From a bacterium (GTDB lineage: Bacteria > Verrucomicrobiota > Verrucomicrobiia > JADLBR01 > JAIBCM01), in the NCBI GenBank assembly GCA_020049135.1, contig JAIFLJ010000176.1, positions 1-62,411 on the forward strand: 62,411 bases of DNA. Direction: 5' to 3'. A model generated the notes under the pieces. It was not told where the DNA came from. It did no database searches and saw nothing but the letters and a program-made list of their open reading frames with translations. Position 1 is the first letter of the stretch, and every line of letters starts with the position of its first letter. The translations under genes and the position numbers were made by a program. This document shows, in pieces, positions 35,547-45,163 of the stretch.

Positions 35547-36104
35547 ATGGGAACAGAATATCCGAAAGTGGTCAGGCGGGAGCAGAAAAAGGTTTCACCG
35601 TGGCTGAATTTGGTTGAGAAAGAAGTGCTTTTTTCAGAAGGTGCGAAAAGCCAAGTTTATCACTCAGTCAACCAAGCGGCTTACATAGCTATGATGGCTG
35701 TGATGCAGGATGGGCGCATCCCGATAGTCAGACAATATCGCCCGTGCGTGGAAAGTTTTACATGGGAATTTCCTGGGGGAACGCTGGATGAGGGAGAGAC
35801 TCCGAAAGAGGCGGCCATTCGTGAATTGAGGGAAGAGACTGGGCTGGAAACTTTGGCCATCCACGACTTGGGTTGCTTCTACCCTGATACAGGGCGCCTA
35901 GGGCTTGATTCACATGCTTTTTTTATAGAGGCATCAAACCCGAAAGAAAATTTTGTTGAGGAAGAGGGTGTCAATGTCCGCTTTGTAACGCCTAGCGAAC
36001 TGAGGCAGATGATGCACGATATGGAGTTTTGCCATTTGCCGCACTGGGGGATTTACGCTGCTGCCATCCTTAAAGGGTGGGGTTGTAAGTTTGGGCAAGG
36101 CTGA
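35547..36104 (+). CDS. NUDIX hydrolase
   Basis: Nudix box GGTLDEGETPKEAAIRELREETGL. Confidence 0.8.
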   Translation: MGTEYPKVVRREQKKVSPWLNLVEKEVLFSEGAKSQVYHSVNQAAYIAMMAVMQDGRIPIVRQYRPCVESFTWEFPGGTLDEGETPKEAAIRELREETGLETLAIHDLGCFYPDTGRLGLDSHAFFIEASNPKENFVEEEGVNVRFVTPSELRQMMHDMEFCHLPHWGIYAAAILKGWGCKFGQG

Positions 36105-36295
36105 TATGAAACTGTCAGATAGACGCTCCTTTTGCAAAAATTTGTTTTGAAGTGACAAAATGGGTTATTCAACCCAAGTCAGAATAACTGCATTTACATG
36201 GGTATGCGGGAAAATAATTCGTGCCTTTTTATCCGTTTTGATTTATCAAACACATAGGGCGTTAAGCCTCGTTTTATGTTGGGATAGGATATGAA

Positions 36296-37483
36296 ATGAA
36301 AAAAGATGTATGCGTAGTTGGTGGAGCTGGTCATGTCGGTGCTCCCTTGGCGATTGTGTTGGCCTCCAAAGGTCTAGAAACAATTATTTACGACATAAAT
36401 GCTAATGCGACCAAAGTGCTTGCAAGCGGCAAGCTCCCTTTTTTAGAGGAGGGCGGAGAGGTGCTTTTGGGAGAAGTCCTTAAAAAAGGGACGCTCCATT
36501 TTTCGTCTGATCCTGCCTCTGTTCAGGATGCGAAAGTGATCATCCTTACCATCGGGACACCGATTGATGAATTTCATAACCCGTCATTCAGCCTTTTGAC
36601 AGGGTGCATTGACCAGTTACTCCCTTATTTGAGTGACGACCAGACAATCGTTCTGCGTTCGACTGTGGCACCGGGTGTCACCACATTTTTGGATGGCTAC
36701 CTAAAAGAAAAAGGGAAAAAAACTGGGCTGGCGTTTTGTCCAGAGCGTGTCGTGCAAGGCAAAGCAATTGAAGAAATCCAAACGCTTCCACAACTGGTGA
36801 GCGGCACTTCCAGAGAAGCCGTGAAAGTGGCTACAGATTTGTTTGGGCGCATTGCGCCAGAAGTGGTGGAGATGACGACTCATGAAGCGGAATTTGCAAA
36901 ACTCATCTGCAACGCGTTTCGCTATATCCAATTTGCTGCCACCAACCAGCTTTACATGATGGTGGAGTCGGCGGGGATTAATTACAGCGGCCTTCTCGCC
37001 AAAATGAAAAAAGGCTACCCGCGCATGGGTGGCATCCCAGGTCCTGGTTTTGCTGCTGGCCCGTGTCTCATGAAAGACACCATGCAACTTTTTGCCTTCG
37101 AAAAACATAATTTTGTCTTGGGGCAAATTGCGATGATGATAAACGAGGGGCTGCCCAATTTTATCGTGGAGAACCTCGCCAAAAGCATGAACTTCAGGGG
37201 GGCTACAGTCGGTATTTTGGGCATGGCTTTCAAAGGAGATAGCGATGACATTCGCGACGCGCTTTCATACAAGCTGTTAAAAATACTTCGCTTCTCTGGT
37301 GCGAAGGTGCTTTGTTCGGACGAGTTTGTGAAAGACGAATCGTTTGTCTCGAAAGAGCGGCTTCTGGCCGAGTCCGAAGTTGTTGTTGTGGGCGTGCCGC
37401 ACACAGCTTATAAAACATTAGCGATTCCACAAAACAAAAAAGTGGTGGACATGTGGAACATTCTCCCTCGTGCGGAGTCATGA
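36296..37483 (+). CDS. Nucleotide-sugar dehydrogenase (UDP-glucose/GDP-mannose dehydrogenase family)
   Basis: VCVVGGAGHVGAPLAIVLA and the catalytic-Cys region GFAAGPCLMKDT. Confidence 0.85.
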   Translation: MKKDVCVVGGAGHVGAPLAIVLASKGLETIIYDINANATKVLASGKLPFLEEGGEVLLGEVLKKGTLHFSSDPASVQDAKVIILTIGTPIDEFHNPSFSLLTGCIDQLLPYLSDDQTIVLRSTVAPGVTTFLDGYLKEKGKKTGLAFCPERVVQGKAIEEIQTLPQLVSGTSREAVKVATDLFGRIAPEVVEMTTHEAEFAKLICNAFRYIQFAATNQLYMMVESAGINYSGLLAKMKKGYPRMGGIPGPGFAAGPCLMKDTMQLFAFEKHNFVLGQIAMMINEGLPNFIVENLAKSMNFRGATVGILGMAFKGDSDDIRDALSYKLLKILRFSGAKVLCSDEFVKDESFVSKERLLAESEVVVVGVPHTAYKTLAIPQNKKVVDMWNILPRAES

Positions 37484-38019
37484 AGGCAATTGTTTCGCAA
37501 AACTGTCGCATACGGCATCCCGTCCATTTCGAGATAGGAGAAAATTCTATCGTGGATGATTTTTGCTATTTCTCTACACGAGTCAAAATCGGGTGCGGCT
37601 CTCATGTAGCGTCTGGATGTTCTGTGGCTGGGGGTAAAAATTGGGAATTTCACCTCGGCGATTTCAGCAGCCTCTCATCTGGCGTTAAGATATGGTGCTC
37701 TAGCAACGACTTCGTGAATGATCTGGTAGCGATTGTTCCCGTTGATTTAAGGCTGGTTGATGCAACTCCCGTGGAGGGTGATGTGGTGTTTGGAAACTAT
37801 ACTGGCGTGGGCTCAAACTCTGTAGTTATGCCAGACAATACTGTTCCTGAGGGTGCTGTGATAGGTGCTTTAAGTTTCGTGCCTGCGCACTTTCCGTTTG
37901 AGGCATGGACGGTATATGCTGGCAATCCTTTGCGTCGCATAAAAGCCAGAAATCGCGACAGAGTTTTAAAACAAGCAGATCAGGTTTTAGCTTGGATGGA
38001 GAAAAATAATGAGTGCTGA
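37480..38019 (+). CDS. Hexapeptide-repeat acyl/acetyltransferase
   Basis: LbH repeats (VKIGCGSHVASGCSVAGG, GNYTGVGSNSVVMPDNTVPEGAVIGALS). ATGA overlap with the dehydrogenase gene. Confidence 0.75.
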   Translation: MKAIVSQNCRIRHPVHFEIGENSIVDDFCYFSTRVKIGCGSHVASGCSVAGGKNWEFHLGDFSSLSSGVKIWCSSNDFVNDLVAIVPVDLRLVDATPVEGDVVFGNYTGVGSNSVVMPDNTVPEGAVIGALSFVPAHFPFEAWTVYAGNPLRRIKARNRDRVLKQADQVLAWMEKNNEC

Positions 38020-39115
38020 AAACAATGTGATTCCTTGGTGGTTGCCAGAGATAAATGGCTCGGAGTGGCCTCTTGTCCGCAAGGTGATAGATAGCAATTT
38101 TTTGAATGATGGCAAAGTGACGGAGGATTTTGAAAGCAGGATTACAGACATAGTCGGCACACGGTATGCCGTGGGTGTCACGAGTGGGACTACTGCCTTA
38201 TACCTTTCGCTTTTGGCCGCTGGTGTCGGCGTGGGGGACGAGGTTGTTGTTCCCGACATGACCTTTATTGCAACGGCTAATGCCGTGGCGATGACTGGTG
38301 CTAAAGTCGTGCTCGTTGATGTTGATGAAGAGACTCTCACAATGTCTCCAGAAGCTTTTGGGCATGCCATCACACCTAAGACCAAAGCCGTGATTCCTGT
38401 GCATGTGAGTGGGCGCGGCGGGACTCTTAACCGCATTTGTGAAATAGCTAAGAACCACGGGATAGCGGTGGTGGAAGATGCGGCGGAAGCACTCGGCTCT
38501 GTTTATTGCGGTAAAAAACTCGGGAGCTTCGGGCTGACCGGCTGTTTTTCGTTTTCTCCAAATAAAACGATCACGACAGGCCAAGGCGGGATGATAGTCA
38601 CCAACGACGAGGCCGTGCATGTCCGCCTGCGCGAGCTGAAAGACCAAGGTCGCCCCGTTCGCGGGACTGGCGGTGACGATGTCCACGCATCGTTTGGATC
38701 GAATTTCAAGCTGACCAACTTGCAGTCCGCTGTCGGGTTGGGTCAGCTCGAAAGTCTAGCCTCGCGCATGGAACGCCAGCGCAGCATCCACAGAATTTAC
38801 AGGAACCGTTTAAAAGACCTGTTGGGTTTGCGTGTGCTACCTTTTAATGTCGAAGGTGGAGAGTGCCCGCAATGGACTGATGTGGTGGTAGAGAAAAGGA
38901 ACGAGCTGGACGCTTTTCTCAAGTCGCGCGGGGCGCATTGCCGCCGTTTCTGGTTTCCGATACATACGCAAAAACCATATTTTCAGAAGGACGATGCCTA
39001 CCCAAACAGCACTAAACTTTCTCCCCAATCGCTCTGGTTGCCATCAGCTTTTCAGATGACAGATGCTGATGCGGAGCGCGTGTGCGGTATGGTCTGCGAG
39101 TTTTTCAAACAATGA
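38009..39115 (+). CDS. DegT/DnrJ/EryC1-family sugar aminotransferase
   Basis: GVTSGTTALYLSL and FSFSPNKTITTGQGGMIVTND, with the catalytic Lys present. Confidence 0.85.
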   Translation: MSAENNVIPWWLPEINGSEWPLVRKVIDSNFLNDGKVTEDFESRITDIVGTRYAVGVTSGTTALYLSLLAAGVGVGDEVVVPDMTFIATANAVAMTGAKVVLVDVDEETLTMSPEAFGHAITPKTKAVIPVHVSGRGGTLNRICEIAKNHGIAVVEDAAEALGSVYCGKKLGSFGLTGCFSFSPNKTITTGQGGMIVTNDEAVHVRLRELKDQGRPVRGTGGDDVHASFGSNFKLTNLQSAVGLGQLESLASRMERQRSIHRIYRNRLKDLLGLRVLPFNVEGGECPQWTDVVVEKRNELDAFLKSRGAHCRRFWFPIHTQKPYFQKDDAYPNSTKLSPQSLWLPSAFQMTDADAERVCGMVCEFFKQ

Positions 39116-39870
39116 AACTTTCCATTTTGCTTCCAGTAAGAAACGAGGGAATCAACCTCAAGATCATGCTCAAAATCTTGCGAGCCGTGGTGGACGAGCC
39201 GCACGAGGTCATTGTTGTCGTGGATTCACTGGACGACACCAGCATCCCAGTTGCAAAAAAAGTTGCGGAAGAATATCCCGAACTGCGCTGGATACATAAT
39301 ACGCTCGGGCGCGGCGTGGTGAACGCCATCCGCGCTGGGGTGGATGCGGCCACGGGCGATTGCATACTGATTTTTGCGGCAGATGAAGTGGGGCCAGTTT
39401 TGGCTATCGAAGATATGCTCCAGCTTATTCGCGAAGGGTGCGATTTTGTCAGTTGTACGCGCTATGCTTACGGTGGGCGGCGTCTTGGTGGTTCTGTGAT
39501 AGGCGGGATTCTTTCTCGCATTGCCAATAAACTTTTCCACTCGCTCTCTGGCTCCCCTTTCTCCGATGCTACCACTGGCATCAAAATGTTCAGGAAAGAT
39601 TCATTTTCTAAGCTCGATCTCCGTTGCAAGCCCATCGGCTGGGCGGTCGCTTTTGAGATGGCGATCAAGGCGCAACATGCCGGGCTGGTTCTCGGGGAGG
39701 TTCCGATTGTCTCCATAGACAGGCTCTATGGTGGAGAATCCTCGTTTCGTTTGGGTCCTTGGGTGCGAGAGTATCTGAAATGGTTTCTCTGGGGCATGAT
39801 GGAGTCTTTACAAAACAAATCTGGAAAACAGGCGACGGTTCGGGTTAAAATACCGTCGTTCTATCGTTAA
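39112..39870 (+). CDS. GT2 glycosyltransferase (DPM1-like, soluble)
   Basis: MKLSILLPVRNEGINL, VIVVVDSLDD and IFAADE. ATGA overlap with the upstream gene. Confidence 0.75.
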   Translation: MKLSILLPVRNEGINLKIMLKILRAVVDEPHEVIVVVDSLDDTSIPVAKKVAEEYPELRWIHNTLGRGVVNAIRAGVDAATGDCILIFAADEVGPVLAIEDMLQLIREGCDFVSCTRYAYGGRRLGGSVIGGILSRIANKLFHSLSGSPFSDATTGIKMFRKDSFSKLDLRCKPIGWAVAFEMAIKAQHAGLVLGEVPIVSIDRLYGGESSFRLGPWVREYLKWFLWGMMESLQNKSGKQATVRVKIPSFYR

Positions 39871-39874
39871 AAAA

Positions 39875-40852
39875 ATGCACTCTGTAAAAGGAAAAAAAAT
39901 ATTGGTGACTGGCGGCACGGGATTTATCGGCAGTGCCCTAGTCAAAGGACTGTTGCGTGCAGGCGCGCAGGTTCGTTCGTTCGACAACGATTCGCGGGGA
40001 TCGCGCAGCAAACTTGGAGACGCTGCCGACCATGTCGAACTCGTGGTGGGAGATATGCGCGACCCCAGCGCAGTTCGCTCTGCTGTCAGCGGGGTGGATT
40101 CGGTTTGCCATCTCGCCTACATTAACGGAACCGAATATTTTTACACCAAGCCAGAGCTTATTCTTGAGGTGGCGGTCAAAGGGATGATGAATGTGATTGA
40201 CGCCTGTATTTCAGAAAATGTGAAAGAGCTTGTCCTTGCTTCCAGCTCGGAAGTTTACCAGACCCCGCCAGTCGTGCCCACGGACGAAACGGTTCCGTTG
40301 GTCGTCCCCGATGTTCTCAATCCGCGCTACTCATACGGCGGCGGCAAAATTATATGCGAGCTTCTTCTGGTCAACTACGGAAGAAAACATTTTGACCGCG
40401 CCCTAATTTTTCGCCCACATAATGTGTACGGCCCAGACATGGGGCGTGAGCATGTGATCCCGCAGTTCGTGTTGCGCATGAAAGAACTCGCCGCAAAACA
40501 GCCGGAAGGCACTCTCGATTTTCCTATACAAGGCACGGGCGAAGAGACCCGCTCATTCATTTTCATTGACGATTTCGTTGCAGGGCTGATCCAAGTTATG
40601 GAGCGCGGCGAGCACATGAATATTTATCACATCGGGTCTGGGTGGGAACATTCCGTCCGTGAGCTGGCCTTGGAAACAGGTGCCTGCTTCGGGCGCTCTA
40701 TCCGCGTGGTGGCGGGTGAGCTTTTGAAAGGGAGCACTTTGCGGCGCTGCCCAGATATTTCCAAACTGAAGGCACTCGGGTTTGAGCCAGCCACCACGCT
40801 CAAAGATGGGCTGGCTAAGACTGCCTGCTGGTATGTTGAAAACTGCAAATAA
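39875..40852 (+). CDS. NAD-dependent sugar epimerase/dehydratase (SDR)
   Basis: KKILVTGGTGFIGSALV and YSYGGGKIICE. Confidence 0.8.
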   Translation: MHSVKGKKILVTGGTGFIGSALVKGLLRAGAQVRSFDNDSRGSRSKLGDAADHVELVVGDMRDPSAVRSAVSGVDSVCHLAYINGTEYFYTKPELILEVAVKGMMNVIDACISENVKELVLASSSEVYQTPPVVPTDETVPLVVPDVLNPRYSYGGGKIICELLLVNYGRKHFDRALIFRPHNVYGPDMGREHVIPQFVLRMKELAAKQPEGTLDFPIQGTGEETRSFIFIDDFVAGLIQVMERGEHMNIYHIGSGWEHSVRELALETGACFGRSIRVVAGELLKGSTLRRCPDISKLKALGFEPATTLKDGLAKTACWYVENCK

Positions 40853-40880
40853 AATTTTAAAATCAAAATAATAAAAAAAT

Positions 40881-42152
40881 ATGGCTAAAATACAAAATCC
40901 AAATTCAGTAGCAGCAGGTTCGGGTCACAGCGTTGTGGTGGATCGCTGCCAAGTGTGCGGCTGCGAAAAACTTCAGTCGGTTCTCTTTCTCGGCTTTCTT
41001 CCCCCTGTCAACACGATGCTCCCCTTTGGAAGCCGTCCAGCGGAGCAGCCCTTTTATCCAGCAGAAATGCTCCATTGTCCGCAGTGCCAACTCGTGCAGA
41101 TCGGCTGCATAGTTGACCCAGCCATTTTGTTTCCGCCTCATTATGCCTATACGAGCGGCACGACCAAAATATTGCGCGACAACTTCGCCGAACTTTACGA
41201 AGAAGTGATGAAACTTTATCCCATAAGCAAGGATGATCTCGCTGTGGATATTGGGTCTAATGACGGCACCCTTCTCAGTAACTTTCACAAGGGCGGACAT
41301 CGCGTGTGCGGCGTGGAGCCTACGAACGCCTACAAGCTGGCGGTCGAAAAAGGGATCACCAGCATCAACGCTTTCTTCGGGAAACAGGCCGCCGCACAAG
41401 TGGTGCAAAATCACGGCAAGGCCAAAATCATCACCGCTACAAATGTTTTTGCACACATCGAAAATATCCATGAGATTGTAGATTCTATTTTAGACATGCT
41501 TGATGACGATGGTCTTTTCATCTCTGAGTCACACTACCTTCTGCCGCTTGTCCAGACGCTCCAATACGACACGATTTACCACGAGCACCTGCGCTACTAC
41601 TCGTTGCAAAGTCTCCAAAATCTATTGGCTCAACACGGACTAGAAGTAGTTCACGCGAAGCCCATTCCCACGCACGGCGGCTCTATCCGTGTGTATGCTG
41701 CGAGAAAAGGCAAAAAAGTGCCGTCTGGGGCTGTCCGAGAATGTTTGAAAAAAGAGGGCGATGAACTCTCCATGGAAAAGTTGGAAATTTTCGCCAAGAG
41801 AGTCGCCGAATCCAAGCTCGACCTGCTGGCGATGCTGCGTGACCTGAAAAAGCAGGGCAAGCGCGTCTATGCCGTTGGAGCACCATCGCGTGCCAGCACG
41901 CTGGTGAATTATGTTGGGCTTGATGCCAACATCATAGATTGCGTCCTTGAGATCAAAGGCTCGTATAAAATCGGCAAGTTTATGCCTGGCACCAGCATCC
42001 CTGTCATTGAGGAAGGTAGGCTGTTCGAAGACCAGCCAGAATACGCCCTTTTGCTCTCGTGGCATATAGCCGATGAGCTGTCCGCCAAACTCCGCTCGCT
42101 CGGGTTCAAAGGCCAGTTTATCAGCCCACTCCCTTCGCCGAGGATTATCTGA
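40881..42152 (+). CDS. Second NDP-hexose C-methyltransferase paralogue
   Basis: CQVCGCEKLQSVLFLGFLPPVN (Zn ribbon), DIGSNDGTLL, IYHEHLRYYS and PTHGGSIRVYA. It is collinear with 17407..18633. Confidence 0.75.
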   Translation: MAKIQNPNSVAAGSGHSVVVDRCQVCGCEKLQSVLFLGFLPPVNTMLPFGSRPAEQPFYPAEMLHCPQCQLVQIGCIVDPAILFPPHYAYTSGTTKILRDNFAELYEEVMKLYPISKDDLAVDIGSNDGTLLSNFHKGGHRVCGVEPTNAYKLAVEKGITSINAFFGKQAAAQVVQNHGKAKIITATNVFAHIENIHEIVDSILDMLDDDGLFISESHYLLPLVQTLQYDTIYHEHLRYYSLQSLQNLLAQHGLEVVHAKPIPTHGGSIRVYAARKGKKVPSGAVRECLKKEGDELSMEKLEIFAKRVAESKLDLLAMLRDLKKQGKRVYAVGAPSRASTLVNYVGLDANIIDCVLEIKGSYKIGKFMPGTSIPVIEEGRLFEDQPEYALLLSWHIADELSAKLRSLGFKGQFISPLPSPRII

Positions 42153-42178
42153 AAAACGATAGATTTAAAGTTGTGCGG

Positions 42179-42197
42179 CAGGGCGTATTACGCCCTG
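42179..42197 (+). other. Perfect 7-bp stem hairpin between the C-methyltransferase and ABC exporter genes
   Basis: CAGGGCG-tatta-CGCCCTG with no T-tract after it, so it is not a classical terminator. Confidence 0.4.
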
Positions 42198-42213
42198 TCG
42201 GGGGTTGAATTTT

Positions 42214-44088
42214 ATGCCAGCTCTCCATGCACCAGACGAGAAGCCAGTGAAAACTTTTTTCCAAAAGCTCTGGGGGCTTTTATCACCGAAGGAAAAAAAA
42301 TACGCTATCCTGCTTTTTATGGTCTATATCCCAGCGGCGTTTACCGAAGTCGGTGGGATAGCCTCTGTCATGCCGTTTCTGGGGGCGGTTGCCAACCCGA
42401 ACCTCGTCCGCCAAAACGCATGGATGAAAGAGATGTATCAGACGATGGGTTTTACGGAGATACGATACTTTCTCCTTTTTCTCGGTCTGTCGGTGTTGAT
42501 AATACTTCTCGTTTCTAATGCGCTCCTGACGCTCTCGACATGGTTGACGCAGCGGTACTGTTGGAAAGTCAATCACCAGCTTTCCCAGCGCCTTTTTCAC
42601 CGCTACCTGCAAATGCCGTACAGTTTTTACCTCACGATCAACACCTCGTCTCTGGCCAAAGGTGTCCTGACAGAGAGCACTAACTTGATCGGCAATGTGC
42701 TGATGCCAGTGTTGGACATAAGTGCCAAAGCATTGATCTGTATTTCAGTTTTCGTTTGCCTGCTTCTTGTGGATGCCAAACTCGCCGTAGTTGTGATGGC
42801 GGTTTTAGGGGGCGCGTACGCCATGGTTTATAAAAGCGTTAGGTGGCGTCTCACTCGTGCAAGTGAGGAGATCGTCAGCCGCAACAGCGACCGTTACAGA
42901 GTTGTTTCGGAGGCGTTCGGCGGTATAAAAGAAGTCAAACTAAAACATGCCGAGGAACATTTTCGCGCAATATTTTGTGGCTCGTCGCGGGCGTATTGCA
43001 AAGAGATTGCCGTCCATGAAGTGATCAGCCGCTGCACTAGGCACTTCATAGAATCCATAGCCTTTGGTGGCATACTCATCATCGTCCTCTACCTCCTCTT
43101 TACCAACTCACTGCTGAACGCCATACCGATCATCGGTATTTACGCTTTTGCTGCATATCGAGTGCTACCATCGCTCCAGCAGATGTTCATCGGCATGACC
43201 AAAATTCGCTCCCACCAAGCTATACTCAACATCGTCTCGGACGAACTCTCTAGGCCAGTGGATCGGTATCAGTTTTCTGCCGTGCGTTTGGCGTCGTCGG
43301 AGCAGCTAGTTTTCCAAGAGCATATAGAGCTAGAAAATATAGCGTTCAGCTATCCATCTTCAGAGCAGTTTTTCATTCGTGAAGCGAGCCTAGTCATCCC
43401 TAAAAATAGTCGAGTAGCCATTGTTGGGCGGACTGGCGCAGGAAAAACCACGCTGGTTGATATTATTCTCGGCCTACTGCACCCGCAGACTGGGCGGATT
43501 TTGGTGGATGGTGTGGAGGTGGAGCCGCACAATCTGCGTGCATGGCAGAAAAAAATTGGCTGTGTCCCCCAGCATTTCCACCTTTGCGATGACACTGTTT
43601 TGCGCAACATCGCTTTTGGTGTGTCCGATGCCGATATAGACCACGCCCGTGTGGAGTCCGCTGCGAAACTCGCAAGCATACACCAGTACATTATGAGCGA
43701 TTTACCAAGCCAGTACGATTCGTTGTTAGGGGAAAAAGGATTGCGCCTGAGCGGCGGGCAGAGGCAGAGGATAGCGATAGCTAGGGCACTTTACAGGCAG
43801 CCAGAGGTGCTGGTGTTCGATGAGGCTACCAGCGCACTCGACTCGATGACGGAAGACTTGATTTTGGATGCGATCGAACAGCTTGGCAAAAGCCACACGA
43901 TAATAACTATCGCACACCGCATGAGCACGCTGAAAGTATGCGACCTCGTTGTTTTCATGGAGAAGGGCAAACTAGTCGCATCGGGCACATACGAAAAACT
44001 CTACAAAGAATGTGCTGGATTCAGGGATCTTGCATCCGCTTCGTGGAAAGCTAATGAGGCCATTCAGGTGTTAGATGAAAGAAGTTGA
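42214..44088 (+). CDS. Fused TMD-NBD ABC exporter (MsbA/PglK-like)
   Basis: About 6 N-terminal TM helices, Walker A GRTGAGKTT, signature LSGGQRQRIAIARAL and Walker B LVFDEATSALD. Confidence 0.85.
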   Translation: MPALHAPDEKPVKTFFQKLWGLLSPKEKKYAILLFMVYIPAAFTEVGGIASVMPFLGAVANPNLVRQNAWMKEMYQTMGFTEIRYFLLFLGLSVLIILLVSNALLTLSTWLTQRYCWKVNHQLSQRLFHRYLQMPYSFYLTINTSSLAKGVLTESTNLIGNVLMPVLDISAKALICISVFVCLLLVDAKLAVVVMAVLGGAYAMVYKSVRWRLTRASEEIVSRNSDRYRVVSEAFGGIKEVKLKHAEEHFRAIFCGSSRAYCKEIAVHEVISRCTRHFIESIAFGGILIIVLYLLFTNSLLNAIPIIGIYAFAAYRVLPSLQQMFIGMTKIRSHQAILNIVSDELSRPVDRYQFSAVRLASSEQLVFQEHIELENIAFSYPSSEQFFIREASLVIPKNSRVAIVGRTGAGKTTLVDIILGLLHPQTGRILVDGVEVEPHNLRAWQKKIGCVPQHFHLCDDTVLRNIAFGVSDADIDHARVESAAKLASIHQYIMSDLPSQYDSLLGEKGLRLSGGQRQRIAIARALYRQPEVLVFDEATSALDSMTEDLILDAIEQLGKSHTIITIAHRMSTLKVCDLVVFMEKGKLVASGTYEKLYKECAGFRDLASASWKANEAIQVLDERS

Positions 44089-44196
44089 GAGGCAAAAGAA
44101 TTGCAGATTTCAGATTTGAGATTGCAGAATGAAAGAAGAGTAGAGCCTCACACGGAAACACAGAGGCACTAAGGAGTAATTGAAATGTGAAGATAA

Positions 44197-44230
44197 GGGA
44201 ATCTCGGGGAAGATTCCCATAAATTTTTCA
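44197..44230 (+). terminator. Rho-independent terminator candidate after the ABC exporter
   Basis: GGGAATCT-cgggga-AGATTCCC (8-bp stem) followed by ataaattttt. Confidence 0.5.
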
Positions 44231-44280
44231 ACTTGCGCAGGATGTCCCGCCGCATTTGTAAACTGCTCACACAATGTGTC

Positions 44281-45129
44281 ATGCTCATTTCAATAATAAT
44301 CCCGCTATATAACCAGCTTTCCTTAACACGGAATTGCCTATCTAGCTTATATGCCACGCTCTCTGGCGTGCCGCACGAGATTATATTGGTGGATGACGGT
44401 AGCACGGACGGCACACGCAAATTTTTGGAAGACCTTCCATCGTTGCGATACAAAATAATACTGAATCGAGAGAGGCAAGGATTTGCCCGTAACAACAACA
44501 TCGGGGCACACGCTGCCAGCGGTGACATCCTTTGCCTTTTGAACAACGACACCATAGCGCATCGCGGGTGGATTTATCCCATGCTGGATGTGCTGCACGA
44601 ATACCCTAATGCGGGGGCGGTCGGAAATGTTCACTGGAACCCCAAGACTGGTTTTTACGATCACATGGGAATGATAGTCGGTGCTAATGCCATACCAGAA
44701 CATTTCGGGCGTCACTGGCCGTTTGTCCCGTTCTCTGGTGCGGTAGAGTGGAAAACGGTCACAGCCGCCTGCTGGCTTTTGAAAAAAAAGGTGTTTGAAG
44801 AATCGGGTGGATTCTCGGACAATTACCACAACGGGTGCGAGGATGTTGATTGGTGCCTTAGGATGCTTGCTCGCGGATATAGACACTATGTTGCCAGCGG
44901 CAGCGTGATTTCGCACTTGGTCAGTTCTTCGGAGGGGCGGCAGGCTAAGACACGCGAAAACGAAAAACGCCTGCTGCAGGAGTGGGGCGACGAACTTAGA
45001 AGGCTCCGCGACCGCCGCGAAATACGGCTCTCTGCCGTCAACTACATCGGGCGTTTCGCTGTACGCCCATGGAAATATAATGGGCCAAAACTCCTCCGTG
45101 CGGTGACAGAGTTGTTGTCTGACGAGTGA
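44281..45129 (+). CDS. GT2 glycosyltransferase
   Basis: MLISIIIPLYNQLSLTRNCLSSL, IILVDDGSTDGT and LNNDT. Alternative upstream starts exist at 44242 (ATG) and 44233 (TTG). Confidence 0.8.
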   Translation: MLISIIIPLYNQLSLTRNCLSSLYATLSGVPHEIILVDDGSTDGTRKFLEDLPSLRYKIILNRERQGFARNNNIGAHAASGDILCLLNNDTIAHRGWIYPMLDVLHEYPNAGAVGNVHWNPKTGFYDHMGMIVGANAIPEHFGRHWPFVPFSGAVEWKTVTAACWLLKKKVFEESGGFSDNYHNGCEDVDWCLRMLARGYRHYVASGSVISHLVSSSEGRQAKTRENEKRLLQEWGDELRRLRDRREIRLSAVNYIGRFAVRPWKYNGPKLLRAVTELLSDE

Positions 45130-45163
45130 GCATTCGCGATCTGGAGTGAAATAAAGTTTTGCA

